From assembly GCA_027067575.1 (NCBI GenBank), contig JAMOVQ010000142.1, forward strand, positions 7,127 through 71,126: a stretch of DNA of 64,000 nt, written 5' to 3'. The stretch comes from Thermoanaerobaculia bacterium (lineage in GTDB: Bacteria > Acidobacteriota > Thermoanaerobaculia > Thermoanaerobaculales > Sulfomarinibacteraceae). Below, piece after piece: positions 16,946 through 29,480 of this stretch (its first letter is position 1; the number at the start of each line of letters is the position of its first letter). The notes under the pieces are model-generated. The model saw only the letters and a program-made list of their open reading frames with translations. It was not told the origin of the DNA and made no database searches. The translations under genes and the position numbers were made by a program.

Positions 16946-18412
16946 ATGACCGGACGGATGGCGGCGTTCGTGCTGGCGGTGGCGACGGCGGCCCCGGGGG
17001 CCGCCCAGGTGCTGTGGATCCCCGCGGCGGCCCACGTCGGGGGGTACGCAGGGACGAACTGGCGGACCGACGTCGAGCTCAGGAACCCCGGCGGCGCGCC
17101 GGCCCGGGTCCGCATCGAGGCGTTCGCCCGCAGCGCCTCCGGGGCCGACCCCGTGGAGACCTCCGTCACGGTGCCCGCCAACGCGGCTGTGCGGCTGCCC
17201 GACATCCTGGCCTCACGGTTCGGGATGGACGGCGTGGCCGCGCTCCGGCTGACGCCGCTGGACGGGGCGGTCCTCGCGACGAGCCGTACCTACAACGAGA
17301 CGCCCGACGGGACGTACGGCCAGTTCGTCCCCGCCGTGCCGGAGACCGCCGCGTTCGGCCCCGGGGAGACGGCTGAGCTGATCGGCCTCTCCCAGTCGGC
17401 GTCCGGCGATGAGGGGTACCGGACGAACCTCGGCATCGTGGAGACCTCCGGGTGCGGCACGGTGGTGACGGTTGCGCTCCACGACGCCTCCGGGACCGAA
17501 ACCGGCCGGTTCGACCAGGCGCTGGGCCCGTACGGCTCGGTGCAGATCGACCGGGTGTTCCGGCGGGGCTCGCCGGGGGCCGTGGAGGACGGGTTCATCA
17601 CGGTGACCGTGGGGACCGACTGCGGCGCCGTGGTGCCGTACGCCTCGGTGGTGGACAACCGGACCGGCGACGCGATCCTGGTCCCGGCCCAGCCGCGCCC
17701 CGCCACGGCCGGGGCGATCGTCGCGGACCACGAAGCCGCGGACGCTTTCGACGCCATCCCCGCGGACCGGTTCGACGCCATCCGGGAGCGGTTCGGGCGG
17801 ATCCTGTACGGCCACACATCCCACGGCAGCCAGATCGTCACGGGCCTCGGGATGCTCGAGGCCGAGGACGGCGAGACCTGGGCCATGCCCTCCATCGACG
17901 AGATCTCCGCCGACCTCGGCCACCAGGGCGACCTCGGGTGGGTCGACATCACCCGGGACCGGCTCGGCACCGACGGCGCGGGGTACGGCATGGTGGTCTG
18001 GTCGTGGTGCGGCGGCATGTCGGACAACACCCCGGAGGGGGTCCAGGCGTACCTGGACGCCATGGCCGCGCTGGAGGCCGACTACCCGGGGATCGTCTTC
18101 GTGTACATGACGGGCCACCTGGACGGGACCGGCCCGGAGGGGACGCTTCGCCGCAACAACGACCAGGTGCGCGACTGGTGCCGGGAGCGCGGCCGGGTCC
18201 TGTTCGACTTCGCCGACATCGAGCGGTGGGACCCCGACGGCGTGGAGCACCCGTGGGACTCGGACGCCTGCGAGTGGTGCGCCGACTGGTGCGCCGGCCA
18301 CGACTGCCCCGACTGCGGCTCCTGCGCCCACTCCCACTGTTTCAACTGCTGGCGCAAGGGCCGGGCGTTCTGGTGGCTGCTCGACCGCGCCGCGGCGTCC
18401 CGCCCGCGCTGA
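16946..18412 (+). CDS. Secreted protein: signal peptide, shared ~230-aa domain (N-terminal), unassigned catalytic-looking domain, Cys-rich tail
   Basis: ATG 16946 lies 7 nt after GGAGG. Signal peptide MTGRMAAFVLAVATAAPGAAQ. Residues 22-250 (17009..17695) are homologous to 12031..12717. The C-terminal half has YGHTSHGSQ, WSWCGGMSDN and VFVYMTGHLDG, and ends in CEWCADWCAGHDCPDCGSCAHSHCFNCW. Confidence 0.65.
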   Translation: MTGRMAAFVLAVATAAPGAAQVLWIPAAAHVGGYAGTNWRTDVELRNPGGAPARVRIEAFARSASGADPVETSVTVPANAAVRLPDILASRFGMDGVAALRLTPLDGAVLATSRTYNETPDGTYGQFVPAVPETAAFGPGETAELIGLSQSASGDEGYRTNLGIVETSGCGTVVTVALHDASGTETGRFDQALGPYGSVQIDRVFRRGSPGAVEDGFITVTVGTDCGAVVPYASVVDNRTGDAILVPAQPRPATAGAIVADHEAADAFDAIPADRFDAIRERFGRILYGHTSHGSQIVTGLGMLEAEDGETWAMPSIDEISADLGHQGDLGWVDITRDRLGTDGAGYGMVVWSWCGGMSDNTPEGVQAYLDAMAALEADYPGIVFVYMTGHLDGTGPEGTLRRNNDQVRDWCRERGRVLFDFADIERWDPDGVEHPWDSDACEWCADWCAGHDCPDCGSCAHSHCFNCWRKGRAFWWLLDRAAASRPR

Positions 18413-18463
18413 CAGGCCCGCCGCTGGGAGCGATGGCCCTCCCGGCCAACTCATCACAAAAAT

Positions 18464-18575
18464 GGGACACTCCCTTACTATCTGAGACTCCGTCGCGATG
18501 GAGGCGGGGTGTCCTCCGCAGAGAGAAGGGGACACTCCCTTTTACTTTGAGACGGCGTCGCGACAGGCTGCGCGG
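18464..18575. repeat. Tandem intergenic repeat, about 66-bp period (GGGACACTCCCTT-ACT-TGAGAC-CGTCGCGA)
   Basis: GGGACACTCCC occurs at 18464 and 18529. Both copies are followed by CTT(A/TT)ACT(AT/T)(C)TGAGAC(TC/GG)CGTCGCGA. Confidence 0.6.
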
Positions 18576-18657
18576 CGTCTCCCGGCAAGCGTGGACACGG
18601 AGGGCTGCCGACGCGGTGTCCCGGCGCCGGGGGCCGGGGTGGTTCCGGGACGCGGTC

Positions 18658-19884
18658 TCAGCCGGGGAACGACTCCAGCACCCCGAGGACGCGGTCGATG
18701 TCGGCGGGGGTGTGGGCGGCGTTGACCTGGAACCGGATCGTCTCGTCGCCCTTCGGCACCACGGGGAAGGTCAGCCCCACCACGAGCACGCCGTCGTCGA
18801 AGAAGTACCGGACGAGCGCGCGGGTGCGCGCCGTGTCCCGGACGAGGAGCGGCACCACGGGGTGCGGGCCGGGAATCGACTCCCACCCGAGCTCCGTGAT
18901 CCCCTCGCGGAACCGGCGGGTGCGGTCCAGGAGGTTGGCCAGGCGCTCCCGGCCCTCCTCGCCGTCCGTCAGGTCCACGGCCACCTTCGCCGCCGCGGCG
19001 TCGGCCACCGAGAGCGGGTTGGTGTAGATGTAGGTGTCGGCCTTCTGGCGGATCGCCTCCACAACGGCCTCACTGGCCGCCACGAACCCGCCGTTGACGC
19101 CGAACGCCTTGCCGAAGGTACCCACGACGATGTCGGCCCGCGCGCCGGTGTGCTCCTCGGTGCCGCGCCCCGTGGCGCCGTAGGCGCCGATCCCGTGGCT
19201 GTCGTCCACCACCGTGACGAGCCCCTCGGGCCAACGGTCGCGGTACGGCGCGCAGGCGGCGTCGATCGCGGCCAGCGGCGCGTTGTCGCCGCGCATGGAG
19301 AAGATCCCGTCGAAGATGACGATCACGCGATCGATCCCCTCGGGCACGCCCTCGAGGCACTGCTTCAGGTCGTCCACGTCGTTGTGGCGGAAGATCGCCT
19401 TGTTCTCCCGCGGCACGGCGGCGATCCGCATGGCGCGGATGATCGAGTTGTGGTTGAGCTCGTCGCCGATCCAGAACGTCTGCTTCGACGAGATCGCCAG
19501 CGCCAGGCCGAGGTTGGCCGTGTACGCCGAGTTGAAGATCCGGGCGGCGGGGCGCCCCATGAACGCGGCGATCCGCTCCTCGAGCTCGACGTGGTGGACG
19601 AAGGTGCCATCGATGAACCGCACGGCGCCGGGACCGACGCCGAAGTCGCGGGTGGCGCGGTCCGCCGCCTCGATCAGCGCCGGGTGGTTCGAGAGCGACA
19701 GGTACGAGTTGGAGTTCATCCGAATGAACTCCCGGTCCACCCCGCGGAGCCGGTACCGCGGTCCCCGCTCGCCCTCCGGCGGCAGGTAGCCGGTGATTAC
19801 CCGTTCGGGCGCCTTGGCCCGGCCCTCGGCCTCCAGTGCCTCCACCTCGCGAAGCAGTGCGGCATCGAGTCTCTCGAGCGTCAC
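18658..19884 (-). CDS. PLP-dependent alpha-oxoamine synthase (2-amino-3-ketobutyrate CoA ligase / 8-amino-7-oxononanoate synthase family)
   Basis: 408 aa from GTG 19884 (GGGAGG 6 nt upstream). Motifs: NSNSYLSLSNHP, DDSHGIGAYGATGRG and the lysine motif GTFGKAFG. The upstream part of track ORF 18658..21204 is a read-through of the serS antisense/out-of-frame region. Confidence 0.85.
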   Translation of the reverse strand: MTLERLDAALLREVEALEAEGRAKAPERVITGYLPPEGERGPRYRLRGVDREFIRMNSNSYLSLSNHPALIEAADRATRDFGVGPGAVRFIDGTFVHHVELEERIAAFMGRPAARIFNSAYTANLGLALAISSKQTFWIGDELNHNSIIRAMRIAAVPRENKAIFRHNDVDDLKQCLEGVPEGIDRVIVIFDGIFSMRGDNAPLAAIDAACAPYRDRWPEGLVTVVDDSHGIGAYGATGRGTEEHTGARADIVVGTFGKAFGVNGGFVAASEAVVEAIRQKADTYIYTNPLSVADAAAAKVAVDLTDGEEGRERLANLLDRTRRFREGITELGWESIPGPHPVVPLLVRDTARTRALVRYFFDDGVLVVGLTFPVVPKGDETIRFQVNAAHTPADIDRVLGVLESFPG

Positions 19885-19937
19885 GGTGCACCTCCCTTGG
19901 ACGGGGGAAAGGGTACCACTGCCGAGGAGGCACCCGT

Positions 19938-21221
19938 TCAGCCCTCCGGCTGGATGACCTCCCGGCCGCCCATGTGCGGGCGCAGTGCCTCGGGGATCAC
20001 CACGCTGCCGTCGGGCTGCTGGTAGTTCTCGAGCAACGCCACCAGGGTGCGGCCGACGGCCAGGCCGGAGCCGTTGAGGGTGTGGAGGTGGCGCGGCTTG
20101 CCGCTCTCGCCGCGGTACCGGAGGTTGGCGCGGCGGGCCTGGAAGTCGGTGAAGCAGGAGCAGGAGGAGATCTCGCGGTACCGGCCCTGGCCGGGCAGCC
20201 ACACCTCGAGGTCGTACGTCTTGGCCGCGGAGAACCCCACGTCGCCGGAGCAGAGCGTGACCACGCGGTACGGCAGCCCCAGCGCCTGGAGCACGGCCTC
20301 CGCATGACCGGTCAGCTCCTCCAGGGCGTCCCAGGAGCGTTCGGGCTCCACGAGCTGGACGAGCTCGACCTTGTGGAACTGGTGCTGCCGGATCAGGCCC
20401 CGGACGTCCTTCCCGTAGGAGCCGGCCTCGGCCCTGAAGCACGGCGTGAACGCACAGTACCGGACGGGGAGGGCGTCGGCGGGCAGCACCTCGTCCCGGT
20501 GGAGGTTCGTCACGGGCACCTCGGCCGTGGGCACGAGGTACAGGTCGTGGCCCTCCACGTGGAACAGGTCGTCGGCGAACTTGGGCAGCTGCCCGGTCCC
20601 CGTCAGGCTGGCCGCGTTGACCAGGTACGGCGGGAGGATCTCCGTGTAGCCGTGGTGTTCCACGTGCAGGTCGAGCATGAACCGGACGAGGGCTCGCTCC
20701 AGCGCGGCCCCGGCTCCCCGGAGCACGGCGAACCGCGCCCCGGCCACCTTCGCCGCGCGTTCGAAGTCCAGGATTCCCAGCGCCGGCCCCAGGTCCCAGT
20801 GGGCCTTCGGCTCGAAGGCGAACGCCGGGGGCTCGCCCCACCGGCGCTCCTCGCGGTTGGCGGACTCGTCGGGGCCGTCGGGCACCGTCTCGTGGAGCAT
20901 GTTCGGCAACGTCAGCTCGAGCCGCGCCACCTCGGCGTCGAGCTCCCGGTCCCGGGCCTCGAGCGCCTTGATCTGCTCCCCAAGCTCGGCCATCCGGACC
21001 TTGGCCGCCTCGGCCTCCTCGCGCCGGCCCTCCCGGAACAGCTGGCCGATCGCCTTGGACCCGGCGTTGCGCTCGGCCTTGAGCTCGTCGAGCTCGCTCC
21101 GGACGCGGCGCCAGGCCGCGTCGGCCTCGAGCAGCCGGTCGAGCGGTGCCTCGGTCCGCCGGGCCGCCAGGTTGGCCCGCACGGCGTCGGGGTCGTTGCG
21201 CCACAGCGATCTCGGCAGCAT
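19938..21221 (-). CDS. serS: Seryl-tRNA synthetase
   Basis: N-terminal coiled-coil arm, then class II motifs ([15 protein letters not shown]..., [48 protein letters not shown]). Confidence 0.95.
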   Translation of the reverse strand: MLPRSLWRNDPDAVRANLAARRTEAPLDRLLEADAAWRRVRSELDELKAERNAGSKAIGQLFREGRREEAEAAKVRMAELGEQIKALEARDRELDAEVARLELTLPNMLHETVPDGPDESANREERRWGEPPAFAFEPKAHWDLGPALGILDFERAAKVAGARFAVLRGAGAALERALVRFMLDLHVEHHGYTEILPPYLVNAASLTGTGQLPKFADDLFHVEGHDLYLVPTAEVPVTNLHRDEVLPADALPVRYCAFTPCFRAEAGSYGKDVRGLIRQHQFHKVELVQLVEPERSWDALEELTGHAEAVLQALGLPYRVVTLCSGDVGFSAAKTYDLEVWLPGQGRYREISSCSCFTDFQARRANLRYRGESGKPRHLHTLNGSGLAVGRTLVALLENYQQPDGSVVIPEALRPHMGGREVIQPEG

Positions 21222-21222
21222 C

Positions 21223-22983
21223 TCAGCCCTCCTTCCCCGCGGGGCGAACGCCGAGCTCGGCGAGCTGGTCCGGGTCCACGTCCGCCGGTGCGCCGGTCAG
21301 CAGACAGGAGCCGGAGGTCGTCTTGGGGAAGGCGATGACGTCCCGGATCGAGTCACGGCCCGCCATCAGCATGACGATCCGGTCGAGGCCCAGGGCGATC
21401 CCGCCGTGGGGCGGCACGCCGTACCGGAACGCCTCGAGCAGGAACCCGAACCGGGCCCTCGCCTCCTCCTCGCCGATCCCCAGGGCGGCGAACATCCGCC
21501 GCTGGACCTCGGCCGAGTGGATCCGGATCGATCCTCCGCCGAGCTCCGAGCCGTCCATCACCACGTCGTACGCGCGGGCGCGGACGGCGCCGGGATCGGT
21601 CTCCAGGCGGACCACGTCCCCGGGGCGCGGCGCGGTGAACGGGTGGTGCATGGCGTAGAACCGGCCGTCCTCCTCGTTCCACTCGAGCAGCGGGAAGTCC
21701 GTGACCCACAGGAAGTCGTGGCGTCCCTCGGGGATCAGGTCCCGCTCCCGGGCAATGTGGAGGCGGAGGGCGCCCAGGGCGGCGTGGACCACCTTCCCGG
21801 CACCCGCGACGATCAGGAGGAGATCGCCCTCGCCGGCGCCCGCGGCGTCGAGGAACCGCAGCACGCCGTCTTCCCCGAGCGCCTTGCGGGCCGGGGAGGC
21901 CACGCTGTCCGCCGTCCGCTTCATCCACAGCACCCCTGCGGCGCCGTGGGGGCGGACCACCTCGTTGAGGCCGTCGAGCTGCTTGCGCGACAGTGCCGCG
22001 CCGCCGGGCAGGACGATCCCCTTGACGCGGCCTTCGGCGGCGGCGGCCTCGAGTACCCGGAACCCGCAGCCGGGGGCCAGGTGGCCCAGCTCCACGAGCT
22101 CCAGGCCGAACCGGGTGTCCGGCCGGTCCGAGCCATACCGCTCCATCGCCTCGTCGTAGGTCATCCTGGGGAACCGCTCCGGGGGCTCGATCCCCGCCAG
22201 CGGGAAGATCCGGGCGAACAGCCCCTCGATCAGCCCGAAGACGTCCTCCTCCTCGATGAACGAGGCCTCCACGTCGATCTGGGTGAACTCGGGCTGGCGG
22301 TCGGCCCGGAGGTCCTCGTCGCGGAAGCAGCGGGCGATCTGGACGTACCGGCCGATCCCGGCCACCTGGAGGAGCTGCTTGAACAGCTGGGGCGACTGGG
22401 GCAGGGCGTACCACGAACCCCGGTGGATCCGGGAGGGCACCAGGAAGTCCCGGGCCCCCTCTGGAGTGGAGCGGGTCAGGATCGGCGTCTCCACCTCGAC
22501 GAACCCCATCTCGTCGAAGTAGCGGCGCGCCTCCATCACCAGCCGGTGGCGCAGGAGCAGGTTCGCCGTCATCTCCGGACGGCGGAGGTCCAGATACCGG
22601 TGGGTTAGGCGCAGCTCCTCGGAGGCGTTGGTCCCGTCCTCCACCTGGAACGGCGGCGTCTCCGACTCGGTCAGGAGCTCCATCGCCGTCACCCGCACCT
22701 CGATCTCCCCGGTAGGCAGGTCGGGGTTCGTCTGCCCCTCGGCCCGCGGCCGGACCGTGCCCTCGATCCGGACCACGTCCTCCGGCGACAGCCGCTCGCC
22801 CTCGGCCAGCATCTCGCTCTCGAAGACGAGCTGCACGATCCCCGTCCGGTCCCGGAGGTCCGCGAACACGAGCCCCCCGAGGTCCCGCCGCCGCCGGATC
22901 CACCCGGCGAGCTCCACCGTCTCGCCCACGTTCTCCGCCCGCAGGCTCCCGCACCACGGACGCTCCCACGCCGATCGTCTCAT
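21223..22983 (-). CDS. aspS: Aspartyl-tRNA synthetase (bacterial type, with GAD insertion)
   Basis: ATG 22983 behind [54 protein letters not shown] (OB fold), then [31 protein letters not shown] and [12 protein letters not shown]. 586 aa. Confidence 0.95.
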   Translation of the reverse strand: MRRSAWERPWCGSLRAENVGETVELAGWIRRRRDLGGLVFADLRDRTGIVQLVFESEMLAEGERLSPEDVVRIEGTVRPRAEGQTNPDLPTGEIEVRVTAMELLTESETPPFQVEDGTNASEELRLTHRYLDLRRPEMTANLLLRHRLVMEARRYFDEMGFVEVETPILTRSTPEGARDFLVPSRIHRGSWYALPQSPQLFKQLLQVAGIGRYVQIARCFRDEDLRADRQPEFTQIDVEASFIEEEDVFGLIEGLFARIFPLAGIEPPERFPRMTYDEAMERYGSDRPDTRFGLELVELGHLAPGCGFRVLEAAAAEGRVKGIVLPGGAALSRKQLDGLNEVVRPHGAAGVLWMKRTADSVASPARKALGEDGVLRFLDAAGAGEGDLLLIVAGAGKVVHAALGALRLHIARERDLIPEGRHDFLWVTDFPLLEWNEEDGRFYAMHHPFTAPRPGDVVRLETDPGAVRARAYDVVMDGSELGGGSIRIHSAEVQRRMFAALGIGEEEARARFGFLLEAFRYGVPPHGGIALGLDRIVMLMAGRDSIRDVIAFPKTTSGSCLLTGAPADVDPDQLAELGVRPAGKEG

Positions 22984-23123
22984 CCGACCCTCCACGCCCC
23001 CTCCGGGGCACACGGAGAGTACCGGGAACCACCCCCTCCGTAAACCCGTACCGCCCGGACCCTCCCGCAGCGCCAGCTCTCTCCATCCGTTCCCCGCGCC
23101 CACACGGGCCCGGTCGAGATGAA

Positions 23124-23532
23124 GAGTGTCCCTGCTCCCGTTCGGACGAAACGAGGTCGCCCCACCTGATACCCCACTCACCCACCAACCCAGGGACGAG
23201 CGAAGCGATGTCCCGACTGGCGCCTCAGAGAACCACCGACCTTCACAATCGGGAGTGTCCCCAACCCGACCGACCCCCCAGCCGAAACGAGCCCCCCCGC
23301 CTGGTACCCCGCTCCCCCACCCGCCCAGGGACGAGCGAAGCGATGTTCCGACTGGCGTCTCGGAGAACAAGGTCCATCACGATCGGGACTGTCCCCACAA
23401 CGGAGCCCTCCGCCATCCAGCGATCGAGCGCCCCACGAGGAACGGGCCGGCGTGGGGGTGGGGGCGGTCCGGGGACGGAGGCGAGGGCAAGCCCCGGGCC
23501 GGCCGCCGGTTCGCCTCCAGGGGAGTGTCCCC
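23124..23532. repeat. Repeat-filled spacer: two tandem ~135-bp units plus extra GGGAGTGTCCCC cores
   Basis: CAGGGACGAGCGAAGCGATGTCCCGACTGGCGCCTCAGAGAAC (23191..23233) and CAGGGACGAGCGAAGCGATGTTCCGACTGGCGTCTCGGAGAAC (23326..23368). Each is followed by ATCGGGA(G/C)TGTCCCCA (23251, 23385). Further cores occur at 23124 and 23521, and the hairpin GGAGGCGA-N26-TCGCCTCC at 23477..23518. Confidence 0.65.
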
Positions 23533-23558
23533 TCGGGGTTCCCCGCGCGGGCCGTGGG

Positions 23559-23968
23559 TCAGGAGCGGGAGGTGCGGGAGGCGACCTGGAGGCGGGTGAC
23601 GGCGAGCTGGAGGCGGGCGCGCATCCGGTCGAGCTCGGCGGCGTCGGCCGTCTTCAGCGCTTCCTCCATCTCCCGGCGCTCCCGTTCGGCGGCCTCCACG
23701 TCGATCTCGCCCGGCGCCTCCGCGCCCTCGGCGAGCACGGTGACGCGGTCGGGCATGATCTCCGCGAATCCACCGCGGATCGCCAGGTACGCCTCGGCTC
23801 GGTCGCGTCGGTACATCAGCTCGCCGATCCCAAGTTTCGTCAGGAGCGGCGTATGCCCGGGGAGCACGCCCAGCGCACCAAGGACGCCCGGCAGCTCCAC
23901 GAAATCCGCGTCCACCGACAGCACCAGACGGGTCCGCGTCACGACATCGAGATGGACCGTCTCGGCCA

Positions 23969-23969
<1 letters not shown>
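23559..23969 (-). CDS. atpC: F1 ATP synthase epsilon subunit
   Basis: MAETVHLDVVTRTRLVLSVDADFVELPGVLGALGVLPGHTPLLTKL... has typical epsilon N-terminal beta-sandwich motifs. ATG 23969 overlaps the atpD stop by 1 nt (TGATG). Confidence 0.9.
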
Positions 23970-25432
<1,463 letters not shown>

Positions 25433-26297
25433 TTACGCCTCCGAGCCGAGCGCCTCGGCGCCGGCCACGATCTCCAGGATCTCCTTGGTGATGGCCGCCT
25501 GACGGGTCCGGTTGTAGACCAGCGTCAGATGGTCGATCATCTCGTCCGCGTTCTTGGTCGCCGCGTCCATGGCGGTCATCCGTGCGGCCTGCTCTGCCGC
25601 CGCGGAGTCGTACAGCGCACGCTGGGTCTGGATCGCCACGTGCCGCGGCAGAAGCTCCGAAAGCAGCGCCTCCGCCGAGGGCTCGTACAGGTAGTCGATG
25701 CCGCCGGCCTCGTCCTCCGCCTCCACTGCCGCGGGCGGCTCGATGGGCAGCAGCCGCTCGAGCACGATCTCGTGCCGGATGATGCTGAGGAACCGGTTGT
25801 ACAGCAGGTACACCTCGTCCACCTGGCCGGAGTCGAACGCCGTGACGAACATCTCGGCCAGCCGCGGGCCATCCTCGGCGGTCAGCTGGGACATGGTTTC
25901 GCGCTCGGCGTGGACCACGTGCCAGTCCCGCTTCCCGAAGTGGTCTGCGGCCTTCTTGCCGATGGCGACGATCTCGACCCCGGGCCACCCCTTCTCGGAG
26001 AGCACGTGTTCCGCCTCCCGGAGGAGATTCGAGTTGAAGGCGCCGCACAGCCCCTTGTCGCCGGAGACCACCACGAGCCAGACGTTCCGGACCTCCCGCT
26101 CCTCGAGCAGCGGATGGGTGTGCTCCGTGCGCGCCGCCAGGTTCTGAAGGACGCGCTGCAGCGTGTCCGCGTACGGCCGGGCCGCGGTGATCCGCTCCTG
26201 GGCCCGGCGCAGCTTGGCCGCGGCGACCATCTTCATCGCCTTGGTGATCTGCTGGGTCCCCTTGACCGAGCGGATCCGCCGCTTGAGATCGCGGGCG

Positions 26298-26305
<8 letters not shown>
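25433..26305 (-). CDS. atpG: F1 ATP synthase gamma subunit
   Basis: (M)[35 protein letters not shown]...[18 protein letters not shown] start 7 nt after GGAGG. Overlaps the atpA 3' end by 8 nt. Confidence 0.92.
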
Positions 26306-27836
<1,531 letters not shown>

Positions 27837-27853
27837 CGTCCCTCAGTCGTCGC

Positions 27854-28402
27854 TCACTCGAGCCCGGCGGCCGTGCGGCGAAGCCGCTCCAGCTGTCCGA
27901 GCGCGGAACCGTCCACCACGCGCGAGCCCACCCGGGCGCGGAACCCGGCCAACAGCGCGTCGTTGGTCGAGAACGAGGCCACCACGGCGGCCCCGAACGC
28001 CTTGCTCAGCGTGTCCACGATCGTCCTTCGTGTCACATCGTCCACCGTGCCCGGAACCTCCACGGCCGCCCGGACACGCCCGAGCCTGCGGTCCACCAGC
28101 TCGGCGTACGCCTCGGCGATGGCGCCGAGGTGGCGGAGCCGGTACTGGCGCTGCACCACGAGCACGAACCGCCGCACCACGTCGTGGACCCCGGCCCGGT
28201 CGAGGATGGCCCCAAGCAGCGCCTCCTTGCGCTCCTGCGTGATCGCGGGCGTCACCATCATGCGGCCGAGCTCCGGCACGGCGCCGAACGCCCGCGCCAG
28301 CTCCAGGAGCTCGGCCTGGATCGGCTCCATGGCGTCCGGCTCGGTGTCGGCCACGAGCCCGAGCAACGCCTTGGCGTACGGCATGGCGGAGAACCGTCCC
28401 AT
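27854..28402 (-). CDS. atpH: F1 ATP synthase delta (OSCP) subunit
   Basis: ATG 28402 (MGRFSAMPYAKALLGLV...) lies 1 nt after the atpF stop. 182 aa. The position between atpF and atpA and the C-terminal LLAGFRARVGSRVVDGSALGQLERL fit delta. Confidence 0.85.
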   Translation of the reverse strand: MGRFSAMPYAKALLGLVADTEPDAMEPIQAELLELARAFGAVPELGRMMVTPAITQERKEALLGAILDRAGVHDVVRRFVLVVQRQYRLRHLGAIAEAYAELVDRRLGRVRAAVEVPGTVDDVTRRTIVDTLSKAFGAAVVASFSTNDALLAGFRARVGSRVVDGSALGQLERLRRTAAGLE

Positions 28403-28403
28403 C

Positions 28404-28979
28404 TCAGCTCCCTCCCTCGCCGCTGGAGGCCAGCGCGGCCAGGCTCCGCTCGAGGATCCGCTTCCGGTCCTCGTCGGTGGTCTCGCGCTCGAGCAGCTCC
28501 TTCGCCAGCTCCGCCGCAAGGGTCGCCGTGTCGGCCACGAGCTGCTGGCGGACCTCGGCCTGACGCCGGCCGATCTCCGAGGCGACCTTCTCCACGAACC
28601 GGGCGGCCTCCTCCTCGGCGAGCGCACGGATCCGCTCGGCTTCCTTGCGGCCGGCCACCTCGGCCTGTTCGCGCATCTCCTGGACCTCGCGCTCCACGGC
28701 CTCGAGCCGCTCGACGACCTGCTGCCGGAGCGACTCGGCCTCGGCGAGCTTCTTCCGGGCAGCCTCGAGCTCCTGCTGGATCCCCGCCCGCCGCTCTTCG
28801 AGGAACCGGGTGATGGGCCGCCCGACATACCGGGCGAGCAGGACCAGGAACACCACGAGGTTGAGTGTCAGCCACAGCGGCCGTGGAATCCCGAAGAACG
28901 TGGTGCTCTCCTCCGCCGCCAGCGCCACGGCCGGCGTCAGCGCAACGCCGATCGCCGCAATCCAGGCAACCCGTCTCAC
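28404..28979 (-). CDS. atpF: F0 ATP synthase subunit b
   Basis: Single N-terminal TM (PRPLWLTLNLVVFLVLLARYV) followed by a long charged helix. The GTG start overlaps the upstream stop (GTGA). Confidence 0.85.
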   Translation of the reverse strand: MRRVAWIAAIGVALTPAVALAAEESTTFFGIPRPLWLTLNLVVFLVLLARYVGRPITRFLEERRAGIQQELEAARKKLAEAESLRQQVVERLEAVEREVQEMREQAEVAGRKEAERIRALAEEEAARFVEKVASEIGRRQAEVRQQLVADTATLAAELAKELLERETTDEDRKRILERSLAALASSGEGGS

Positions 28980-29410
28980 GACGCCACCTCCCGGCCCAGC
29001 ACCCGCCCGGCCATCAGGGCGGCGAGCTTCCCCGCCTCGCGCCGGAGCGCCTCACGGGCCTGCTCGGCATCCTTCTCGAGCTCTGCCAGGGCGGCCTGGA
29101 GCCGTGCGTGGGCCTCGGCACGGGCCGCCTCGAGCCGCTTCTGTCGCTCCGCCTCCGCTTCGGCCCGCAGCGCCTCCCGCCGCTTTGCTGCCTCCCGGGC
29201 CGCCTGCTCCAGCTCCGCCTCGAGCCTCTGCGTGGCCGAGAGGTACTCCTCGTGCTTGCTCGACCACTGGGCCTCGGCGTCGTCGACCCGCTTCCTGCGG
29301 GCCTCCACCACGGCGGTGACCGGACGCAGGAGGAACCGGTTGACGATCCAGTACGCCACCCAGAAGCAGGCCATGATGTAGAGAAGGGAGTAGTCTGGAA
29401 AGATGCTCAT
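28976..29410 (-). CDS. F0 ATP synthase subunit b' (second b-type subunit)
   Basis: N-terminal TM (LLYIMACFWVAYWIVNRFLL), then an Ala/Glu/Arg-rich helix. Lies directly upstream of atpF. Confidence 0.7.
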   Translation of the reverse strand: MSIFPDYSLLYIMACFWVAYWIVNRFLLRPVTAVVEARRKRVDDAEAQWSSKHEEYLSATQRLEAELEQAAREAAKRREALRAEAEAERQKRLEAARAEAHARLQAALAELEKDAEQAREALRREAGKLAALMAGRVLGREVAS

Positions 29411-29480
29411 CAGCTGCTCCGGAGCCCACCGCTCCCGTTTCGTTCAGGGCGACCGACGGTACCAGGGACGGCGGGCCGGG

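Noticed and set aside
20657-20672. parS-like half site TGTTCCACGTGCAGGT inside serS
   Set aside because: Only the left 11 of 16 positions match and the right arm is unrelated. Probably chance.
19885-21204. Upstream extension of track ORF 18658..21204 across serS
   Set aside because: It is out of frame with the genuine serS gene on the same strand. The alpha-oxoamine synthase homology begins at GTG 19884, behind GGGAGG.
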